A stretch of DNA of 64,000 nt. Origin: a virus. Shown here piece after piece: positions 50,835 to 60,939 of this stretch; the stretch's first letter is position 1; the number at the start of each line of letters is the position of its first letter. Location: IMG/VR virus record IMGVR_UViG_3300018916_000001, positions 87,200 through 151,199 of that record; one strand, given 5' to 3'. The notes beneath the pieces were generated by a model, which saw only the letters and a list, made by a program, of their open reading frames with translations, made no database searches and was not told the origin of the DNA. The position numbers and the translations under genes are program-made.

Positions 50835-53027
50835 GATTAAAATTTTCCTTTTATGTTACTTGTTATATTGTAGCTTAAATTAACCTGGAATCTTAAACTC
50901 ATCTTCTACATCTTTCTCATCTTCGTCTTCCTCTACTTGATTTTTAACTTTTAGATAATTCTCTCTAGTCTTAGAACCTCCAGAAGAAAGAGTAAGTATT
51001 CTTCCAAATATTCCTAAAAGAGTTTTAAATGACTGCTGAATAGATAAATTCTTTAAGTGAGGTTCAATCTTCTCATTCCATTCATCTACTAACTCCTGAT
51101 TGATTTCTCCTAATAGCTGGGAATACTCATACATCTTATTAATTAAGAATCTCTGAATATCGGTTACTTCTAACCCTCCCTTCAACTTATCTCGGAATAG
51201 GTTATGTGTCTTTCTACTTATTGCACCTGAACTTAGAATCTTTGGTCGAGAAGAAGAAATAATTGGAGCTATATTTTCCCATTCCGCATCTAAAGATTCA
51301 GGAGTAATGTCTTTCATAGTTAACATACTATCTCTAAACTCTTCAAAATGCTCATTGTCAGTAAAATCGTGAGAACGGTCAGGATATTGCAGTTTATAGT
51401 AATATTGTACTTTTGTTGTCATGATTAAAAATAAAAAAAAAAACTACTCAGCTATACAAGATAACCGAGTAGAAACATTAAGGAGGAAAAATTATTGCAT
51501 CCAGTCAGACCTTTTACCGCTCCAAATTGGAGTACGAGTAGAAGTTATCTTTGGTTCAGTTTCGTGACATCCTTCCATAAACTTCTGGTTAGACTTATGA
51601 ATCTCACATAACACTCTACCAAGATGGGCAGCTACAATCATGTGAGCGTCTTGCCCTGGAATACCTAAATCTGGAACTTTAGGAAGTAAACCAGCAGAAT
51701 AACCTAGAAGATAAGAAGGCCAAAGATAAGCTTCATGCGGGTCTTTATATATTTCATTAAATCTCGCTTCAATGTCTGAGATATTCAATGAGATAGGAGT
51801 CATACACAGGTTTTTGAAACACTGTATTTATTATACCTTAATCTTCACTAATATCTCGGTTAATTAAATATTCGGTCAATGGAGCCATAAGACTAACAAT
51901 CTTTTCTTCTGCTGATATTAAATCTGTATCTTCCGAAAATAATAGATTACCTAAATCATATAAATATTGTCCTAAAGTCTGTGCATAAAGATTCTGTTTA
52001 CTTTTTAATCTTAATTCTTGTACTAGATTCTTAAGAGCTTCTTTAAATTGTAGATAAATTTCTTCACTTACGCCAAACTTATCATTCTTTAACATTCTAA
52101 TAATAATTCTCTATAAGCTAACTCATGTGCTTCGTCAATTCTCATTCTATGTTTTAACTCTCTTGTAATCTCTGGTTGATAATTTTCATCTTCATAAGGT
52201 ACTCTCATTAATTTCTTCTTATAATCCTCAACAGCTAATAAAAGCAATAAATCTTCTTTACTAAATGATCTATATATATGGAGGAAACTTATTGCCATTA
52301 ATAGAGTTATTAAGTCTGGTGGTTCATTGTTATACATAATTTTAGTGAGGGATGCAGCTCTTAACCACATCCCTAGAAACTACAATCTATTTAGCAGCTT
52401 CAACTACATATCTCGCAATCCTAGTATTCTTCTTATCCAGATTGAAAGGAACATAGTATTTTTTCCCAGTTACCGGGTCAATCTTATTACGTAAAAATTG
52501 ACGAAAATCTTCATTCTTAGCTAAGAGAAGAAGTCCGTGAGCTTTACGAGTGAATTGATACGCACCTCCACTTACGTATCCAGACTCAGTATGAATTTTA
52601 CGGCACTGCTCTTTAGTCTGTTCTCCTTCATCATATACAGCAGCAAGATTCTCGCTCAGCAAATTCTTACTCTCTACTTTCAAATCTTCGTTAAGACCGG
52701 AGATAAAATTTCTAGTCTTCTTATAATTCTTAGGTTCTTTACTACCAAATGAATAGTAGGATAAATCACCTAGAGTATACTTAAAAGGTACGAAAAACGC
52801 CCACTTCTGAGTAATGGTAAACTCCTCAATTAAGTTCCGAACATACTCCATTTCAGTCGGTTCATTAGACAAGAACAATTCAATGATAGAAGCAGCAGGC
52901 AAAGTGTTAGTTGTCATGATAAATAAAACTCCAAGTTGTTGGTTGTTGAATGGGCAGATTAATAACAGCTTCCACAAGAGTACAATCAGGTTGTGGCTTA
53001 CCGTTATAGATTGGTGTAACTATTGTA

Positions 53028-53765
53028 TTATCGGAGCGTACTAACTCCAACTTCCTTTCTTTTTCCATTGAGATATACAAAACCTCTATCAACTACTATT
53101 GGACATATTCCTCCTAACTTACTAATCTCACTAGAAATGCTCTTGCTCTTAAAAGCTCTCTCTAGAGTTGTCATGTGAATTGGTTTACTCATTGACCAAA
53201 GATACTTGAGGATTTTAATGTAATCTTCTTGTATCTCAATTCCTAACCATTTAGACATCTCCATCAAGAAAGAGAATAGAGATTTATTTCCTTTAGTAAC
53301 GTCTAGGTAAACAACTCCGGGAGCCACATAACTATCTGCTACTTTAGGTAGCTTCTCTCGCTCGTACTCTGACCGTCCTATACCATAGGGGTCTAAGTCT
53401 TTACCTAACCATTTATCCTCATATTGTCTAGCTCTGAATAATGAACTTTTAGTCTGAAAACAAAGAGCTTTTTCTTTGTAAATAATCACAACGTCTACCT
53501 TGAGGTATAAGTTAAAGATAGAGTTGAGTTTAGTATTGATCACTCTGTCAGCGTTCAAAAATCGACATATGTTCCAAACTTTTTTCTCTGTAGTTAGAGT
53601 AGGGTGATTATTGTCAGAGAGTAAAAAATAAACTTCATCTTCTTCTCCTGCTGTAAATCCTCTAATTATCTTACCTCCTTCAATCACACTCAAACTAGCT
53701 AAGACTTCATATTCCTCTAAATCTAAAATCAGAGGTGAACCAATAAATCCGTAACTAACTCCCAT
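53028..53765 (-). CDS. Possible PD-(D/E)XK-fold nuclease
   Basis: VDVVI....LCFQTKSS pattern. Confidence 0.35.
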   Translation of the reverse strand: MGVSYGFIGSPLILDLEEYEVLASLSVIEGGKIIRGFTAGEEDEVYFLLSDNNHPTLTTEKKVWNICRFLNADRVINTKLNSIFNLYLKVDVVIIYKEKALCFQTKSSLFRARQYEDKWLGKDLDPYGIGRSEYEREKLPKVADSYVAPGVVYLDVTKGNKSLFSFLMEMSKWLGIEIQEDYIKILKYLWSMSKPIHMTTLERAFKSKSISSEISKLGGICPIVVDRGFVYLNGKRKEVGVSTLR

Positions 53766-54480
53766 TGTTTCCTCCTTAAAAACTAAAAAGACTTAGCACG
53801 ATTAAGTAACTAAGCCGTTGTATACTTTCAACTCACTAACTAGGTACTTCAAATCTCTCTAGATAATAGGAGATTGCGTCATCCGGTACTTTCCCTTTAG
53901 TATTAGGGACTTGATTAAAGGGAGAATCTGATTTATCAAACTCGCTTCCATAATCCATCATCCAAGTAGAGTAATCTGGGTAATCTCTCTGCAAGTGCAT
54001 TGGAACACTACAATCTTGAGGAACTTTAATCTCACTTAACTCTACTAAAATATCAATCAACGAACCTCTTAAAGAAAGAATCTCACTTGTATTCCAAAGC
54101 TGAGTATCTAAACCCAAAATATCTGCGTAAAGCCTCTGTTCATGTTCATCTACTATCTGAACCCAAATTTCTAACTTATCTAGGAAGTTCTCAATACCTT
54201 CAACAGTACAAGACTCAGGAGATAGGAGAAAAAGAATCACTTGCTGAGTCAACCCTTTAGCTGGTAAACTATTGGTTAAAAATCGATAATCCTCACACGC
54301 TTTCTCTAACTGCTTTTTAACGTTATCTCCTAGCAACGAGAAACTTTGAAGCGTTAATTGAGCTTGTCTTAACTCTGCCTCATTGAAGATAGCAAATTGA
54401 TTGATTATCATGATTTTGTCCTCTAATGAATTGTACTACTTAAAAGGTTAACTCAGTAGTGTTTAGTTTAACCTATGAAT

Positions 54481-54672
54481 TTACTCTTCAATTCTACCTA
54501 CTAATTCTTTCTCCATTTTTTGGAGTAATAGTTTTCTTAGAGCGGAACTCTGTTGAAACAAACTAATCGCAATATCTCACACAGCTTCAAAGTCACTAGG
54601 GGTTGCTTTCTTCAGTAACTCCAAGATTTTACGTCTTTCTAGTTCAGATTGAAACTCTTTAGATAAACTCAT
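54481..54672 (-). pseudogene. Small helical ORF with an in-frame TGA
   Basis: MSLSKEFQSELERRKILELLKKATPSDFEAV*DIAISLFQQSSALRKLLLQKMEKELVGRIEE; TGA at 54577-54579; ATG overlaps the upstream stop. Confidence 0.5.
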
Positions 54673-55504
54673 TGGCTTTCCCTCAATATTAAGTTTAAAT
54701 CGTTATCAAACAACGGTGCGTACTCATCCCATTTAATTTCTTCTAGTGGGTCTAAATAGTTCCACAATATCACTTCTCGGTTTTTTCCAATCTTGTCTTG
54801 GTAGTCAATTACAAAATGTTCTTCTGCTTCTTTTACCGCTAAATCAAATTCTTTCTTCCAATATGCTATCCAAAGCTCATCGTTACCTCTAAATATCTCT
54901 TTTTGAAACTTTAGTCTTTGTGAAGTAAGGTACGGTGAGTGAGGATAAATACAAGTCGTTGGCTGTGGTACAGGTGTATTCGGGTGAATCTCTACTAATG
55001 CAAGTCTATCTGCACTTAATCTCAAGAAACGATATTTGATAGAGACAATCATGTGAACCTCCAGTAAATGAGTAAATTGTGCTAGACTAATCGATTACTT
55101 GTTTTACAGTTCTGACTTTACCATCAGCTCCTAAAAACTTACGTACAGAAAACTCTTTATCTCTCTTTTCTAGACCAGAATAGATTAATTGTTCCTCATT
55201 GATATTCTTCCAAATTCGTTCTTCCCAGTCAAGATATAAATCTTCATGACCAATTATAAGGCAGTCATTTACATGGATATCTGAGACATCTTCTAGAGGC
55301 ACACGATAGATTCTATTAGGAAGAACAATCGTTATATCTACAGTGACATCTATCTCTACATAAGAATAAATATCTAACACTTTTCTCTCCATTAGTTCTT
55401 CCTCCAAAATATCTGACAAAGCATTCCAACCACCTTCAATCCAATGCTGTTGTAGCACTTGAGAATCTTGTAGAGCTTTTTGGACATCTGTAAGAGTGAA
55501 CATT

Positions 55505-56150
55505 TTAACCTCCTAATACTACTTCTTGCTTGAAATACTGACTGTAGAAACTAATCTGATACTCAGGTAAATTCTCTTTCAATCTCCATAAAAGATCAAA
55601 TCCTACCTTATCAAAAAAGAATTGTTCCTCTTTCGTTTTAAAACCACTAGAACCTGGGCCATCATCTAGAAAAGTAGCATCCAAAGTATTCTGCCAAAGT
55701 TTTAAATCTAAGATCAGTTCAGTATCTAAATGAAGAACATCTCTCAACTCTTGGTAATCAAAATCTCCCTTGTCTACGTCTCCCCAAACTGGATTACAGT
55801 GATATTCAGCAGAAAGTCTTAGTTTCTTTTTACTCATAACTTTCATCTAGCAAATAATCTTGGAATAAATCACTATAATAATGAACCTTGTGTTTATCCC
55901 TTAACTCTTTTCGTAATTTTAATAAAAGCTCTAAACCACGAATCTCAAATTGGATGGGATATCTTTCTGTATAAGAATTTAGCCAAGTTTTTAAGTCTAG
56001 TAATAGAAATCTACTAAGCTTTAATTCTGTCTCTAAATATTCCCAAGATACTTCCTCTCCCCAAATATCTACGTCCGTATCAATATAGAAAAGAGGAGTG
56101 TTTTTAATTTTTTCATCAACATCTTTAACAGATAATATTAAATCTTTCAT
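55505..56150 (-). CDS. Two tandem paralogs (55505-55846, 55830-56150), candidate immunity-type proteins
   Basis: Shared WG....L...L.L...L.LDLK.W....F...G.(D/E)LL..L...L.....(F/Y)YS..F. Confidence 0.5.
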
Positions 56151-56401
56151 TTCTTAGCTCCTAATCTTTCTAGTAATACCAAACTTTTCTTCCCGAACTT
56201 AGGGTTGTTGATATAAGCATTAGTAAAATCCGCTTTGTTAAACTTCCTCTTCAATCTCTTCTCACAACAACCAATACAAATCATCCCAAATTTACTAGGA
56301 TGTATCTTCTTCCAAATCTTGTCTTTAAGAAAAAAATGCTCGTATTGTGTGTTCTGATTACAATACAAGCAGTTCCATTTACTTTTCTTACGAGTAGACA
56401 T
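56147..56401 (-). CDS. Small Zn-binding phage protein
   Basis: CLYC..W..CIGCCEKRL.R....DF. Confidence 0.55.
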   Translation of the reverse strand: MSTRKKSKWNCLYCNQNTQYEHFFLKDKIWKKIHPSKFGMICIGCCEKRLKRKFNKADFTNAYINNPKFGKKSLVLLERLGAKK

Positions 56402-56404
56402 GAC

Positions 56405-56887
56405 TTATACTTCTAGTAGATTATCATTTAAAAAAAGGTGTAACTTAGCTTCTTCTGCTAACCATTGAGAAAAAGGAATACCAAGAGATTCACTCATAGG
56501 ATCTTCTCCTTCAGTATATTGGCACACTATAGGATCTGTATTATCAGGTGATAGTAAAGAGAAACACCAAAAAGTATAACCTTGGTGCATAAGAAAAGTG
56601 AAACAATACCACTCATGTCTTTCATCTTCTGGATAAGCTTCCTCTATTAGCTCCCAACTCCAATCTTGGATATCAATTATTTTGGGATATAAAAAATCAG
56701 AACCTCGAAGAAATCCTCCTGAATCTTTACCCATCCACAAAAGAAACTCTTTATAAGACTCGGGTAGAAAGACATTTAACTTTTTTTCTAGCTCTTGTAT
56801 CTCTTCCTCTGTACAACCTATAGTATTTAAGTCTTTTAAGAGATTCTTAGTCGTTTGTAAGTAAGTCATTCTAATCACCAAGGACAA
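56405..56887 (-). CDS. SMI1/KNR4 (SUKH) immunity-family protein
   Basis: GCTEEEIQELEKKLNVFLPESYKEFL..G; FLMHQGY; DP.V; FSQWL. Confidence 0.85.
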   Translation of the reverse strand: MSLVIRMTYLQTTKNLLKDLNTIGCTEEEIQELEKKLNVFLPESYKEFLLWMGKDSGGFLRGSDFLYPKIIDIQDWSWELIEEAYPEDERHEWYCFTFLMHQGYTFWCFSLLSPDNTDPIVCQYTEGEDPMSESLGIPFSQWLAEEAKLHLFLNDNLLEV

Positions 56888-57026
56888 TTAGGTTTATCAC
56901 AAATAGAACCATCACAATATTCACTTTCACATTCCGAACAATATAGGAAAGGAGTTTTAGGTTCTGTTTCTACTTTTTCTACTTTTCCATCTTCATCTGT
57001 AGCTTCATATTCTAATTTTTCTTCAT

Positions 57027-57500
57027 TCATAGATAAATCTCCACATCATAAGGTTTATCAGCAAAATTACGGACTAAAATCTCTACTACATCTTTTTTAT
57101 CTAAGTTCCCACATCCACAACCTAACATTGGAATAGCTAGTAGTGGAGTAGGATACCAATCTTCATTATATTTTTCTTCTAATATCTCAACTAATTTCTT
57201 TACTCCTTTTTCTATCCACTCCAATTTACTATCTTGTGCTACTACCTCCTTAGTACAGAAATTAATAATATCTCTACTACCTTTAATTGCTTCTTCTGGT
57301 TTAGCTATATAGAAAATCAAATCGCCACCTTTAGGAGTAGAGACTTTACAATACTCATGATAATACTTAAAGTTAATTGGAAATCTATTCTTAAAGTCTA
57401 GAGCAAGTCCTTTACCTGAAATTCCTTTAGTATTTACAGGATTGACTAAATATTGAGCAGTAGAATCAAATATGTCACAGTTGTTCTTGTAGATAATCAT
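57027..57500 (-). CDS. Macro domain protein (DarG-like ADP-ribosyl hydrolase)
   Basis: DIFDS.AQYLVNPVNTKG.SGKGLA.DFK.RFP; IINF.TK; AIP.LGCG.GNL. Confidence 0.85.
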   Translation of the reverse strand: MIIYKNNCDIFDSTAQYLVNPVNTKGISGKGLALDFKNRFPINFKYYHEYCKVSTPKGGDLIFYIAKPEEAIKGSRDIINFCTKEVVAQDSKLEWIEKGVKKLVEILEEKYNEDWYPTPLLAIPMLGCGCGNLDKKDVVEILVRNFADKPYDVEIYL

Positions 57501-58018
57501 TTAAATCCTCTTTTAGTTTTTCAATACGTTTTGTAGTAGAAGCTAGCTTTCCATCTATACACCAGTCACAATGACATTTATAAATAAATCTAGTTACCTT
57601 ATTCTTGAAGAACTTATTAGATATTTCATAACTATCAGTAGACTTATAGAAAGTATTTTCTCTCCAATTTTTTCTATCTTTCTCTCTTCTCTTACCTGCT
57701 AGTAGTTTTCCATATACTATATTGGCTATCTTCTGTGGAATTACTTTCTTCATAATACTCCTCGAATAATATGGCTATATCAGAACTTCTAATCTTCTCA
57801 ATAGTTCTTATATACCAATCTTTCTTAGTCTTGCTTATAAACTTACTAGGATGGTTTTTGAATAATCTATTATTTAAGGCAACTGTCCCTGGCTTATACA
57901 ACATATCCAGAGACAAATTCTTTCCTGTCTCATTTCCATTAAGAGGTCGTTTTCTCTTGAGTTCTTTAATAGTAGAAGATATTTTATTGATTCGACTTTC
58001 TGGTATAGTCTTTCTCAT
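57475..58018 (-). CDS. Two tandem basic paralogs (57475-57753, 57692-58018)
   Basis: MxKxIP..I..I; YK; N(K/R)xFKN....FI shared. Confidence 0.5.
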
Positions 58019-58064
58019 GATAATCTCCTTAAATTGAGTATAGTTGATAACTGAAAAATACTAC

Positions 58065-58430
58065 CTAGTCTTCAAAATCCTCTATTGGCTCGTCAAAATT
58101 TTCTGATATTGAAATAACCTCTCTATCACTACCAAATAAAGGTTTTCTACGTTTTTTACTTTCTTCTATCTTTTGTCTCATTAAGTCATTCCATAAGTCA
58201 CGTTCTTCATCCGATTCAAAACAATCCATATCGTCGTCTCCCCATTCTCTAACTTCTATTTTTCTACGCCATTCTAAGTTTTTTTCTAGAGATTTGAATT
58301 CTTCTAATATTTTTTCCAGTAAGTCGTCATAACTTCTAAGTAAGGATAGTTGATAAAAATAATCAGAAGCTTCAGTTACCTCTCGTTTAAGATTTTCTCT
58401 TTTCTCTTGAAATTCTTGATATTTAGTCAT
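58065..58430 (-). CDS. Coiled-coil protein ending in a DUF2281/Phd-type antitoxin tail
   Basis: C-terminus KKRRKPLFGSDREVISISENFDEPIEDFED. Confidence 0.65.
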   Translation of the reverse strand: MTKYQEFQEKRENLKREVTEASDYFYQLSLLRSYDDLLEKILEEFKSLEKNLEWRRKIEVREWGDDDMDCFESDEERDLWNDLMRQKIEESKKRRKPLFGSDREVISISENFDEPIEDFED

Positions 58431-59275
58431 TGTTTTAGTGGTTGTAAGGGTATAACTGACTTACTAATAGAAGTAATATACCTCCGGTTAGTATTTGAAC
58501 TAAACTATCAATAGAATAGTCATGGATGATAGCGTTTATAGTTCTATCACCCATACCAAAGATTATCGAAGCTACAATTATCCAGAAACATCGAAGCTTA
58601 TCCATTTCCAGAATTCCTTCAATTCTTGATTATGGTTGAGATGTAAACTATTTCCTCTGATTTGTTGAGATTCCACAATTGCTACGTATTCAATTACGTT
58701 CCCTCTGACACTTACTTGATACTTCCGTTCTCTGTTACGCCAATCTAACACAATACATTCGTCTTCTCTGTCAAAACTGATATGTGGGTCTTGCCAATAC
58801 TTAAATCGAGTAGAAACAGCAAATAAAGCATTTACTAAGCTATCTACTGTTCTAAGTGTTGTTGTATCACATTGAGGAAATCGTTGGTCTAGGTTTAATT
58901 TTCTTAGTTTGGTCATGAACATGGTGTCTCCTTGGTTAATTGAATGTGTACTGAAAACTTAAATATCAAAACCTTCTAATAGTATGGATCTATAAGGAAT
59001 AGCATCTTTAATAAGTCCTATTAATTCCTTCCTTAATTGTTCAATAGATTCTTGACTTTCATGACTAATAGGAAGATATAAAATCCAATATTGTCTATCT
59101 AGTTCATAAGATATATCTATAGTTGTACCTTCTAATGTCCACACATAATTCCAGAGAACTATATTTAAATTACTAACTTCCTCTTTAGATAGTTTTGAAG
59201 CATCTAGTGTTACTGTACTACACACGTTGTAGTCTCTATCAAGTTCTAGAGTAAGTGGTTCTCTTGTTTGCTCAA

Positions 59276-59734
59276 TCATAGTTTTCTATCAACTAAGTAA
59301 AGTGCTATTGCATCTATAGTATCTAACTCTTTTTTAGGAATCTTAGATACATCTATACTCTTACTGACCCAAAATCTTACATCGTCCTTACTAGCATTTC
59401 CTTTACCAGTAAGCTTGAACTTCATAGACTTAGGTGAAATCGTTCTATAAGTAATAGAGTTTAAATAGCAAAGTTCTTCTGCTATTCCTACTACTTTAGA
59501 AAGATTAGATCCATTAAATCCAGCTAATACTGGTAACTCAATTAGACAATCGTTTATCTCATATTCAGTTACAAGATTAGATAAAAAAGTCCTAATAGAA
59601 TGCAATCTCTCCCCATTACATTCTTTAGGAGTAGTGATGAATGTTCCGTATTTAAGGAGAGTAGAGTTTTGAGATATAGCCCATCCTAATTTGGAAAGAC
59701 CAATATCCAAGTAGATCGTCGAGGTATTGACCAT
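59276..59734 (-). CDS. ruvC: RuvC-like Holliday junction resolvase
   Basis: LDIG...GWAI, ERL..I, LIE, P..MK..LTGKGNASKDDV, D.IDAIA. Confidence 0.85.
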   Translation of the reverse strand: MVNTSTIYLDIGLSKLGWAISQNSTLLKYGTFITTPKECNGERLHSIRTFLSNLVTEYEINDCLIELPVLAGFNGSNLSKVVGIAEELCYLNSITYRTISPKSMKFKLTGKGNASKDDVRFWVSKSIDVSKIPKKELDTIDAIALYLVDRKL

Positions 59735-59781
59735 GTTACAATTTTTTTTATTTCATCATAACATGATCAATTTCTAATCCT

Positions 59782-60366
59782 CTACACTTTCTTTAATACC
59801 TCTAGAGCTTCTTTTGCAGATGTTTTTAGCTGAGCTTCATCAATATCAAACTCAGGATCGAATAAATCAGAATCGCCACAATAAGCATCTACATTACCAA
59901 ACAACTTGTCTAAAATTTGGAACTCTCTTTCTGAGTCGAAACTCTTATCACTCTTAAATAATTGTAGAAATTGTTGTTCAAATTCACTTGTAGTAATACG
60001 ATCAGCAAGAAAGTCTTCTAGTAAATTAATATACTTAGTCATATCTGTTTTTCCTCTCTTTACTACTATTAAACCTTGAAAGATGCACTCTAATTTCTCA
60101 TTAATATAGTCAACCATATAATCTGGAATGACCATTTGATTCCTTCCAGTATGAATGTTCTCTTCCCTGAAATCAATACCTCTTAGCTTATAGTTCTCCT
60201 CACAGATTTTAATGTACTCATTGATAATCCCAGTAAATTCAAGAAATGGATGACATTGAGTATTAGCAGCTAATCTGTAGAATGTATTACTAGCTTCTTT
60301 CATTAGCTCAATAGATTGTTCAGGAGTTAAAGTTAGATTAATTGAGTTCTCTTTTTTATTTAGCAT
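59782..60366 (-). CDS. Fusion: phage hypothetical domain + colicin D immunity-like domain
   Basis: C-terminal KYINLLEDFL..I...EFEQQFLQLFK....ILDKLF..VDAY..D....IDEAQL..A..L; internal ATG at 60042 with GAGGA upstream. Confidence 0.7.
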   Translation of the reverse strand: MLNKKENSINLTLTPEQSIELMKEASNTFYRLAANTQCHPFLEFTGIINEYIKICEENYKLRGIDFREENIHTGRNQMVIPDYMVDYINEKLECIFQGLIVVKRGKTDMTKYINLLEDFLADRITTSEFEQQFLQLFKSDKSFDSEREFQILDKLFGNVDAYCGDSDLFDPEFDIDEAQLKTSAKEALEVLKKV

Positions 60367-60368
60367 TA

Positions 60369-60884
60369 TTATTCTCCTCTACTTTTATTACCAAAATAAG
60401 CGACTTCTTCATCATAATTATGAAAACGTGGCTCACTAATACCTTCAGAAAGTATCTTATATCTGATTCCCTTAACCTCTGACACAGTAATAACACCTTT
60501 AGAATAAGGAAGAATTACTATATCTCCTACTTCTAATTCATCTATTCTTTTTGTTTTCTGCTCTTTCTTTTTAGAAAGTTCTAGTAAATTCTCACAAAGA
60601 GTAAGTAAATCATAGACTTGGTCAGTACCAAAAAACACTGCGGGTTCCTTCTCTAGTAGAGTTTTTAAGCGATTTAACTCTTTCTCTGGGTCTGATGTGG
60701 GAACTTTATTGCTCATAATTTCGTCTACAAACTTCTGAAAATCTTCTAGTGTTTCATCCCAAGTAATTAATTCACCTCTAGAAAAGCTTAACTCCTCACA
60801 TTCAGCTTTGACTAAAACCCCTCCTCTTTCTTCTGGAATTAAGACAAAACTTCTATATTCAACGGGTCGAAGATTATTTACCAT
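60369..60884 (-). CDS. HicB-like N-domain + SH3-like C-domain protein
   Basis: VEYRSFVL..AECEEL..TWDETLEDFQKFVDE; ELEVGDIV. Confidence 0.5.
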   Translation of the reverse strand: MVNNLRPVEYRSFVLIPEERGGVLVKAECEELSFSRGELITWDETLEDFQKFVDEIMSNKVPTSDPEKELNRLKTLLEKEPAVFFGTDQVYDLLTLCENLLELSKKKEQKTKRIDELEVGDIVILPYSKGVITVSEVKGIRYKILSEGISEPRFHNYDEEVAYFGNKSRGE

Positions 60885-60939
60885 TGACTTTCTCCTTATG
60901 TTTACAATACATCAATAGTCTCTAGCTTATTGCTACTAA

